This document shows, piece by piece, positions 23,954-32,238 of a DNA stretch of 64,000 nucleotides. Made by a program: the position numbers and the translations under genes. Each line of letters begins with the position of its first letter. Position 1 is the first letter of the stretch. The stretch spans positions 1,488,001 to 1,552,000 of the forward strand of contig OX337229.1 of assembly GCA_946965045.2 (NCBI GenBank). The letters run 5' to 3'. A model generated the notes under the pieces. The model was not told where the DNA came from and did not search any database. It was given only the letters and a program-made list of their open reading frames with translations. This DNA comes from Epithemia pelagica. Lineage: Eukaryota; Protista; Bacillariophyta.

Positions 23954-24860
23954 GGTAGTACTTGATTGGTTTTATTTAATGTGTGGTGTGATAGGAACCC
24001 GGATGTACCACGTATATGCCACGTATAAAGTACCCGGATGTGTGTTGTGATGTCCAAAAGGTAACCCGGATGTGCGGAACTCGGTTTGTCTCTGATTTGG
24101 TGTGAAAAAGACTTAAAGATACTTATTCTTGGTCTCTTCCAGACTCGTTGCGGTGATCGAGTTGAACCGGGGAATCAGGAACAGTGGTAGCTTGCTCGTC
24201 TTGCTCGTAGTCCTCAACAAAGTGGTTCACTGGTCAGGTGAGTATTGGGAAGGTAGTTGCACGGAGTCCTGGTGCAGCTTGAGGTCCTGGAATTAGGAGA
24301 GGGTTGGTGACCCTAGCCTTAGCCAGGCTGGCCCTGTTGTTGGGTTGGGTAGCTTTGTCCTCTAACTCTTGTTTGTTGGGGTATCTCAATCTGTAATGGG
24401 TGTTGATGGGTAAGTAAGGTTCCAAATGCAACTGCAGGGAAATAAGCAGTGAGACTGTTAATGAATAAATAATCACGTGCGCCCCCTTTGTAACCTACGA
24501 AGGGCCTCGCCATGCCTCGCTACGCACCGCCTGGCATCGCCCGGCCCCTAGTTATGTGTTCGCTAGTGGGTACCGTGGTCGCTATTTGGCCCCTACGTGA
24601 GCGATTTGCCCCCAAAGGGCACCCCTAGTTTAGTCATCATAATTTCTGATAGTTTGGTTGTTGCAAGCCGTATATTGCGTCTGGCCGTCAGTTTTTATTC
24701 AGTTTATCAGACCCACTGTCTGTTGTTTCCCCACTGTTCGCCGGACGGCAAGCGCCTGATCAACGCTCGGGAGTTGTTCGCGCTAAGCGGCTTCGTCACT
24801 CGCTCGCTTGCGTCATCTCTGTGACTTGTTTTTGTCACTGTGGGACCCACTCGCTAATTT

Positions 24861-26840
24861 GTGACTTGCGACTGCACAACGCACCGTGCACGTGCTCGTA
24901 CGCGTGGACCGTCCATCCAGCCGCGCCGTACGACTCAATTATATAGGTTCAACCTGAAGTTCCTTGGCTTCCGAATGTGGTTGGAATATCGTTCTGTCCG
25001 TGGTCAAAACCTTGATGCTGGTGGTTATACTGGTGACGTAATCACCAAGTGGATGAAACGCGTAACGGAACTCGCGAATGCCACCACCACTGATGGTCAG
25101 GATGACCCAGTACCACCCAAAAGGCTAACGAACCTTGCCGATTGGGAACGTCACGACGGAATGTGGCGCACGTACTTGGGTCAGCACCGTAATCCGACAA
25201 CGGGAGTGCCGCTCACCTACGTATTGCGTGAGGAGTCCGACGTACCGGACGACGCACTAACCGCCGATTACGACTGCATTGACGACGACCTAGTCGCGAC
25301 CACTCGTCATGAGGGGGACCAGTACAAAGCCGACCGACGCAGAGTGTATGAGCTGTACTACCCTCTTATCTACGATGGCCCTGCATGGACGTTTGCTAAA
25401 ACGCATGCGAAATCGAAGGACGGCCGTGAGGCCTACCTAACTGTCAAGCGGCAAGCCACTGGACAGGCCGCGAGCATCCTGCGCAAGAAACAGGCTTATG
25501 CGCAGATCGCAAATGCTAAGTTTACAGGACGAGGGAAGTACCGCTTCCATGACTACATCCACCGTCACCAACATGCGCACAACACCCTGGAAGAGCTTGG
25601 CGAAACGGTCGCGGAAACGAAAAAAGTGACCGATTTCATGAATGGGATCACCGATCCGACGCTCGTCCAAGCAAAGACCGTCGTCAACGGTGACCAGGAG
25701 AAGTTGGAGAACTTCAAAGCGTGCCAGCAATACTTCTTGACTGTGCACAGTGCCGCCAAAACCGAAACGCAGGACGACTCTCGCAAGATCGCCGCTGCTA
25801 GTACCACCCCAAGCAAAGGAAAGGGAAAAGGGCGCAATCAGAAAAAGAGCAAGAAGAAGAAGGACCGCGTTCATGCTGGTCACTACGATGCCGACGAATG
25901 GGCAGACCTGACGGAGGACGAACGCAAACAAGTCCTGGCTCTTCGCAGAGAGCGCAAAGAAAAGCGGAAGCTTGGATCCGTCACCACAGACGACTCTTCC
26001 AACGCATCGTCGAAGAGATCGAAAACGTCGCATGGGAGTACTGCTGAGGACGCAATCTCAGTAGACATTGACGAAGACGACGCTAAGCCGGAGGCTAAGA
26101 CCAACGTATCGGTCATTATGGAAGTAGACGAGAACTTGCTTGACTCCTCTGTTGACAACGTACCGTCGCCAGACAAGCACTCTAAGTTCCGCGCTTCCGC
26201 CTCACCTGCGAAATCATCCGAAGATGATTCGCAGCCGGCAAAGTCCTCAGCTGGCAACAGCTTTGGACGTTTCGCGCATAAGGCTAAAGCACAACTGAAC
26301 GAACCCGGATCTGCGTCCGTCAAATCCGTACGTACTCGCCCCATGGGGGAATACGAGACCTATCCACCGATGTGGCAATGGGAAGAGGACGGACGTCCTG
26401 ATATGAGTCATATGACCATCCCGCCAGTCCCGGAACACGGCGACATCTTTGTGAAGCTGCCGCTACCGGTCAAAGGCAAGTATGCTGAAGGGACTCGCAA
26501 CGTCCGCTCACTTACCAAGCATGACCAAAGTATGCTGAAAGGAAGCTTCCGCGAAGAGATCGACACTATTGTCCACAATAGTCCAATTTGGTCTTGGCGC
26601 TGGTCTAAAATGTCAGGCTATGAACGTGAAGAGCGCCAAATGTACCATGTGTGCAAACGCTTAGCCGAGCACACGGAAGTGTTCGACGAAGCTTTAAAAT
26701 ACACTATGCTTGCCAATGGACAATTGGCTGCCGCAGAGCGAAGGCGTAATGTATGCGGTCGTTATTCCGACGATCTTGAATTCGATGTCCGTGACCCGAA
26801 TGTCTCTGACAAGTCTGCCGACCTGTCTTCTTCCTCCTGA
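24861..26840 (+). CDS. gag: Gag of element 2 (true start uncertain)
   Basis: CoDi-type gag motifs TGVPLTYVLRE, AWTFAK..DGREAY, YIHRHQHAH, ETKKVTDFMNGI and AGNSFGR. Confidence 0.75.
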   Translation: MTCDCTTHRARARTRGPSIQPRRTTQLYRFNLKFLGFRMWLEYRSVRGQNLDAGGYTGDVITKWMKRVTELANATTTDGQDDPVPPKRLTNLADWERHDGMWRTYLGQHRNPTTGVPLTYVLREESDVPDDALTADYDCIDDDLVATTRHEGDQYKADRRRVYELYYPLIYDGPAWTFAKTHAKSKDGREAYLTVKRQATGQAASILRKKQAYAQIANAKFTGRGKYRFHDYIHRHQHAHNTLEELGETVAETKKVTDFMNGITDPTLVQAKTVVNGDQEKLENFKACQQYFLTVHSAAKTETQDDSRKIAAASTTPSKGKGKGRNQKKSKKKKDRVHAGHYDADEWADLTEDERKQVLALRRERKEKRKLGSVTTDDSSNASSKRSKTSHGSTAEDAISVDIDEDDAKPEAKTNVSVIMEVDENLLDSSVDNVPSPDKHSKFRASASPAKSSEDDSQPAKSSAGNSFGRFAHKAKAQLNEPGSASVKSVRTRPMGEYETYPPMWQWEEDGRPDMSHMTIPPVPEHGDIFVKLPLPVKGKYAEGTRNVRSLTKHDQSMLKGSFREEIDTIVHNSPIWSWRWSKMSGYEREERQMYHVCKRLAEHTEVFDEALKYTMLANGQLAAAERRRNVCGRYSDDLEFDVRDPNVSDKSADLSSSS

Positions 26841-26846
26841 TGGTGT

Positions 26847-29800
26847 GTGCCCTGTGTATCCGCTGCCGAAGCAGTAAAAATTGATAAAACGAATCTTATT
26901 GTTCAATCGAATGCACATGTAGGCACCCATTATAGTTATTCTCAACGTTTCGCACATCGTCTATGTGCTATGAACACCGACGAATATGGTGTTGAGACCA
27001 TTGAGCTCACCTGTGAGTTGGACTCACATGCGGACACCTGTGCCGTGGGAAGAGACTTCGCAATGCTCTCCGAAGCCCACCGCTATATCAGTGTGCATCC
27101 GTTCGCGGAGGAATATAACCCGCTGACCAATGTCCCTATTGCAACTGTTGCTACTGTCTGGACTGACAGCGAAAACCAGTCTTACTTGCTTGTTATCCAC
27201 CAAGCATTGTTTTTAGGGGACCGTATGGGCAGTTCGTTACTCTGTCCGAACCAGATGCGTGCCCATGGCATCGTTGTCAACGACGTACCTAAACAGTTTG
27301 ACCTGCACAGCACGCATAGTATCCACGTACCGGATGCCGACCTCACCATCCCGCTCACCATGGCTGGTGTGATAAGTGGTTTCGCCACTCGCAAACCCAC
27401 TTCTGACGAGCTGGAACACTTGCCACAAGTTGTGCTAACTGCCGATAGCCCATGGCAACCTCGTTCTGCCGCCTTTGCGGACGCGGAGGAGAAACTGGGT
27501 GTAGCTGCCGCTACTGTCGTTTGCAATGGCGATCCGAATTCGATTGCCGCATCCTCCATTCCACGACTCATCAAAGCAGTGCGAACGTACCAGCATGCTT
27601 TTGCCAATCCATCACCCGATCTGGACGCCGACGCACAAGGCGACGACCTGTACGAACGCTTAATAGCGACGGTCACTGTTCATCCAGAGAAGGAGGAGCC
27701 TGATGTAGTCCCGGAGGACAAACGTGAACGTCGGCTGTACATGATCAAGACTGCTAACGAGTCTTCCCCAGCCGAACCTGCTGGAAAGGGAGTGCTTGAC
27801 GCAGCCGTACTGTCACAACGTTGGGGCATTGGTTTACCCAAAGCGAAGAATACGCTTAAAGTGACGACGCAGGCTGGAGTACGAAACGTATTAATCCCAT
27901 CTGAACGTAAGGTCCGTAAAAAGGCACCGTGGCGCAAATTCCCGAATGTGAAAGGCCGTTGGTTCTCGGACGAGATGTTTGCCAAGGAAGTATCACTGAA
28001 CGGGGACACGGGCGCCTCGATCTTTACCGACGGCAAAGGATTCGACCACGTTTATCCCTGGAAGTCGAAAAAGCAACATCCTGAAGGATTGATGTCTTTG
28101 ATTCACAATGTAGGGATTCCCCAAACAATGGTATCTGATGGTGCCCGAGAATTGTTCCTAGGGAAGTCCCGTGAAATATGCAACGAGTACCGCATAAAGA
28201 TGGAGAAAACGGTTCCTTATAGTCCATGGCAGAACGCCACCGAAGCGAGCATTCGCGAGCTAAAAAAGGGAGTTGTCAAAATTATGAGGACGACCGGCGC
28301 ACCACGACGTTTATGGAGCTATGCTCTTAAATGGTGCTCACACGTACGGCAACTCACGGCATCCGATATCCCTGAATTAGATGGACGTACACCGTTCGAG
28401 CATGTAATTGGCTCAACGCCAGACATCTCTCCATTAGCCATGTTCCAATTCTATCAGCCGGTGTATTATCGCATGCCCATGGCACAGTTTCCCTTCGAAA
28501 AAAGACTGATTGGCCGATGGTTGGGCTTAGCCGATGATTGCACCGATGATATGGCCTATGAAATCCTAACGCAAGAGGGCAATCATGTCACACGGAAAGA
28601 TGTGTGGGCCATTCCGGAAGACGACCTGAAGAATCCGACGATTCATCAGCAGTTGTTGGACTATGATGCCGCTATTCAAACGCAAATGAAAGAGCCGCCA
28701 TCTGATGGCACAACTGGGAGCGATCCACCCCCAGACCTCTTTGACGAAGGTGAACTTCTAGAGCCCTTGTTCCCAGAGGCCGAAGCCCTGGAATCCGACG
28801 CGTACACACCGGAGGAACTAGACGAATACCTCACCGCTGAAGTCATGCTGCCGCGAGGAGGTGAAAGCGCTCGAGCAAAAATCATTGGACGCACGAAAGA
28901 TGCTCATGGGCGACCTATTGGTCAGCGCGACGCAAACCCAATCCTTGATACCCGGTACTACGATGTACAGTTTCCGGATGGATCGGTCGAGTCGTACGCA
29001 ACCAATATGATCGCAGAGAATCTGTATTCGCAAGTTGACCCGGAGGGCAATGCGTTCAACATATTGAAAGCCATTGTGGGTCACCGCAGTGATGAGACCG
29101 CAGTTAAGCGAACAGACGCATCGTTCCTTGACGGCACATCACACCACACAACGAAAGGCTGGGAATTGCAATGTGGACTGTCCAATCAATCGACTGTTTG
29201 GCTGCCGCTCAAAGACGTCAAGAATGGAAATATGATTGAAGCCGCCAAATACGCAGTATCCACTGGCATCGCAAAAGAGCCTGCTTTCGCATGGTGGGTG
29301 CCACGTGCACTTCGCAAACGAGACCGCATTATCAAAAAGGTAAAGTCACGTTATTGGAAGCGAACGCACAAGTATGGCATTGAGTTGCCCCACTCTGTGG
29401 AAGAAGCCCTGGCGATTGACCGCCGAACGGGGACTGACTTCTGGCGTAAGGCTATTGAGAAAGAAATGAAGAACGTTGGCATTGCTTTCGAATTTCCAGC
29501 TGATGGCGAAGTGCCTTCTGGATACAAGCATATTCCCTGTCATATGGTTTTTGATATCAAATCAGACCTGCGACAAAAAGCACGGTTAGTGGCCGGAGGC
29601 CACAAAACTGATCCACCCAAAGAATCGACCTATTCTAGTGTGGTATCACGCGATAGCGTACGCATTGCTTTTACTATCGCTGCACTAAATGGTCTAGATG
29701 TTCTCGTTGGGGACGTACAAAATGCATATCTCAACGCACCGACTAAAGAGAAGACCTATACCACCGCGGGACTCAAATTTGGACCAGATAAGGTTGGACA

Positions 29801-31082
29801 ACCTGCACTGATAGTGCGCGCATTATATGGTCTCAAAAGTTCTGCCGCAAGGTGGCGTGATCACATCGCCGCAACGCTCCGCGATATGGGATTTAAGATG
29901 TGTCAAGCTGATCCGGATGTATGGCTTCGAGCGAACACTCGACCATCTGATGGGATCCAGTATTACGAGTATGTTTTGGTCTACATTGATGATCTGCTGA
30001 TTGTTAGTCATGATCCCAAAACCGTGATGCAGGACCTGCAGAGGCGCTATACGATCAAGCCCGACAGTATCAAACCGCCAGACGAATACTTGGGATCCGA
30101 AATACGGCGTTATACCATACCCGACACGCAAGATCCGTCGAACCGTGATCGTTGGGCCATGTCCGCTGACAAATACAAATATTGTAAGCGTGCCCTTGCC
30201 GAAGTCGAAACGGAACTGGAGAAATCCGGAGAAAAGCTGAAATCAAAAGTGACGACGCCGATCGCCGATGGATATCGCCCGGAATTGGATGCAACTCCTG
30301 AACTCGACGCAAGACGTGCGAACTATTACCAAGGACTGATCGGTATTTTCCGTTGGATTGTTGAACTCGGTCGTATCGACATTACAACCGCAGTCTCCCA
30401 TATGTCCCGTTTTATGGCGAATCCACGAGAAGGGCATCTCGAGCAAACGTTGCACATCTTCGCGTATCTGAAGAAGTACGATAAATCCGCCATTGTGTTC
30501 GACGACACAACCCCTGACTTCGACGAGTCACGTTTTACCCGACCGGATTGGTCTGAGTATTATCCTGATGCTGCCGAGCCGATTCCGCCAAACGCACCAG
30601 CACCGCGTGGAAACGCTGTCACCACGACTTGCTTTGTCGATGCTGATCATGCTGGATGTCGTGTCACACGGCGCTCTCAAACAGGAGTCCTACTGTTCTT
30701 GCAACGAGCACCGATCATGTGGTATTCAAAACGACAAAACACTGTTGAGACGTCTACATTTGGCAGTGAGTTCGTGGCGATGAAAACTGCCATTGAAATG
30801 ATTGAAGCATTTCGTTATAAGTTGCGAATGATGGGTATCCCGTTGGATGGAGAGACGAATGTGTTTTGCGACAATGAATCTGTGTTCAAGAACTCGACGC
30901 AGCCGGAATCAGTCCTAAAGAAGAAGCACAACGCAATTGCTTATCATCGGACTCGTGAAGCGCAAGCTGCTGGACTTGTGCGCATTGCATGGGAAGAAGG
31001 TGAAACGAATCTTGCCGATATCCTAACCAAACTGCTACCCGGACCTCGATTGCGATTCCTGGCCCAACGTATCATGTGGTAG
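26847..31082 (+). CDS. pol: Pol polyprotein of element 2 (PR-IN-RT-RH, copia order)
   Basis: PR ELDSHADTC; IN WFSDEM / VSDGAREL / QNATEASIRELK; RT KARLVAGGH and YIDDLL; RH FVDADHAG, FCDNESV and LADILTK. Confidence 0.95.
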   Translation: MPCVSAAEAVKIDKTNLIVQSNAHVGTHYSYSQRFAHRLCAMNTDEYGVETIELTCELDSHADTCAVGRDFAMLSEAHRYISVHPFAEEYNPLTNVPIATVATVWTDSENQSYLLVIHQALFLGDRMGSSLLCPNQMRAHGIVVNDVPKQFDLHSTHSIHVPDADLTIPLTMAGVISGFATRKPTSDELEHLPQVVLTADSPWQPRSAAFADAEEKLGVAAATVVCNGDPNSIAASSIPRLIKAVRTYQHAFANPSPDLDADAQGDDLYERLIATVTVHPEKEEPDVVPEDKRERRLYMIKTANESSPAEPAGKGVLDAAVLSQRWGIGLPKAKNTLKVTTQAGVRNVLIPSERKVRKKAPWRKFPNVKGRWFSDEMFAKEVSLNGDTGASIFTDGKGFDHVYPWKSKKQHPEGLMSLIHNVGIPQTMVSDGARELFLGKSREICNEYRIKMEKTVPYSPWQNATEASIRELKKGVVKIMRTTGAPRRLWSYALKWCSHVRQLTASDIPELDGRTPFEHVIGSTPDISPLAMFQFYQPVYYRMPMAQFPFEKRLIGRWLGLADDCTDDMAYEILTQEGNHVTRKDVWAIPEDDLKNPTIHQQLLDYDAAIQTQMKEPPSDGTTGSDPPPDLFDEGELLEPLFPEAEALESDAYTPEELDEYLTAEVMLPRGGESARAKIIGRTKDAHGRPIGQRDANPILDTRYYDVQFPDGSVESYATNMIAENLYSQVDPEGNAFNILKAIVGHRSDETAVKRTDASFLDGTSHHTTKGWELQCGLSNQSTVWLPLKDVKNGNMIEAAKYAVSTGIAKEPAFAWWVPRALRKRDRIIKKVKSRYWKRTHKYGIELPHSVEEALAIDRRTGTDFWRKAIEKEMKNVGIAFEFPADGEVPSGYKHIPCHMVFDIKSDLRQKARLVAGGHKTDPPKESTYSSVVSRDSVRIAFTIAALNGLDVLVGDVQNAYLNAPTKEKTYTTAGLKFGPDKVGQPALIVRALYGLKSSAARWRDHIAATLRDMGFKMCQADPDVWLRANTRPSDGIQYYEYVLVYIDDLLIVSHDPKTVMQDLQRRYTIKPDSIKPPDEYLGSEIRRYTIPDTQDPSNRDRWAMSADKYKYCKRALAEVETELEKSGEKLKSKVTTPIADGYRPELDATPELDARRANYYQGLIGIFRWIVELGRIDITTAVSHMSRFMANPREGHLEQTLHIFAYLKKYDKSAIVFDDTTPDFDESRFTRPDWSEYYPDAAEPIPPNAPAPRGNAVTTTCFVDADHAGCRVTRRSQTGVLLFLQRAPIMWYSKRQNTVETSTFGSEFVAMKTAIEMIEAFRYKLRMMGIPLDGETNVFCDNESVFKNSTQPESVLKKKHNAIAYHRTREAQAAGLVRIAWEEGETNLADILTKLLPGPRLRFLAQRIMW

Positions 31083-31454
31083 CAGACCCCTTTTTAGATC
31101 CAAAAAATGGGATCGCCCCTTTTGAAGAATAGTCCGACGTACTGGACCGGCCTCTGCTGACATGACGAACTAAACGAAGTTGCCCACCCCGATTTTGTTC
31201 GCGGGGACTGAATAAATAATCACGGGCGCCCCCTTTGTAACCTACGAAGGGCCTCGCCATGCCTCGCTACGCACCGCCTGGCATCGCCCGGCCCCTAGTT
31301 ATGTGTTCGCTAGTGGGTACCGTGGTCGCTATTTGGCCCCTACGTGAGCGATTTGCCCCCAAAGGGCACCCCTAGTTTAGTCATCATAATTTCTGATAGT
31401 TTGATTGTTGCAAGCCGTATATTGCGTCTGGCCGTCAGTTTTTATTCATTAATC

Positions 31455-32238
31455 TGTTACAATTCTTTCTGAATCGTAGGGACATCAATGCTCGTTAGAG
31501 CAGACAATCAGGTAGTCACCAACCGATACAAACCTCTCCACGGGTAAGAGAGGAAAGCAAGTCGTAGTCTATCAAAAGGATAGTCGGGACACAAAAGAGG
31601 ATGTGATAAATGGTGATATTGTTAGATTGTGAGCTTTAGGACTATGGTGTGTGTTTTGATGTGCAGGTCTGGCCAGGGTGCATGACTGATATATTCATGG
31701 CGCTGACAGGACTGGTCTGGTTGGAGTAGACATGGATATTGTGTATTGGAAGTATATGCACTTGTATATCATATACTAATGCCAACAGCTCTTGCTTTGT
31801 TGTGATAAAGGTATTTTTCTTGGCGTGTTGCCGTTTGCATTCTTTGATTTGTGGGAATAGAGATATGGTCTCGCGTGATCGTGATTCGTGCTTCGGTTAC
31901 TTAGGCCGTTGGGCTAAGTCGTGGAGATGCGCACTCGGATAGTAGTTGCACGTGCTTGAGAATATTGGGCGCGCACGTGTAGGGCCATAGTTAATTTCCA
32001 AGCGGTTGTTGATAATGCGCGCATTGCGAGCATGCCATGGCCGAAATTAAAGGTACGCGAGCATGTCGTCACTCTGTTCTCACTTTTCATGAAATGCGAA
32101 GGAATATAGGTCGATATAGCGCCAGCTAGGGAACATAGGACAAAGATGGGCGGCATAGATGGTGCTTCGAAGCCTCGGGACTTGGCTAACCGATGAGATG
32201 CCGGATCTAACCAATGGATAACGGTGAGAATCCTACTA
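31455..32238 (-). repeat. 5' LTR of element 1 (784 bp)
   Basis: Direct repeat of 20455-21238. Confidence 0.92.

Larger units (their letters stand above)
24462..31448 (+). mobile_element. Copia (CoDi-like) LTR element 2, near full length (6987 bp)
   Basis: 240-bp LTRs TGAATAAA...TTTATTCA at 24462-24701 and 31209-31448 (2 differences seen); flanked by TTAA on both sides; gag and complete pol. Confidence 0.93.
20455..32238 (-). mobile_element. Copia (CoDi-like) LTR element 1, non-autonomous deletion derivative (~4.8 kb without the nested element)
   Basis: 784-bp LTRs at 20455-21238 and 31455-32238; 5-bp TSD GCATG at 20450-20454 and 32239-32243; gag and protease present; no integrase/RT/RNase H motifs seen. 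Confidence 0.9.

Noticed and set aside
16934-26840. Alternative genetic code explaining the in-frame stops
   Set aside because: All three stop types occur, and host-like genes end normally in TGA (53575, 62880) and TAA.
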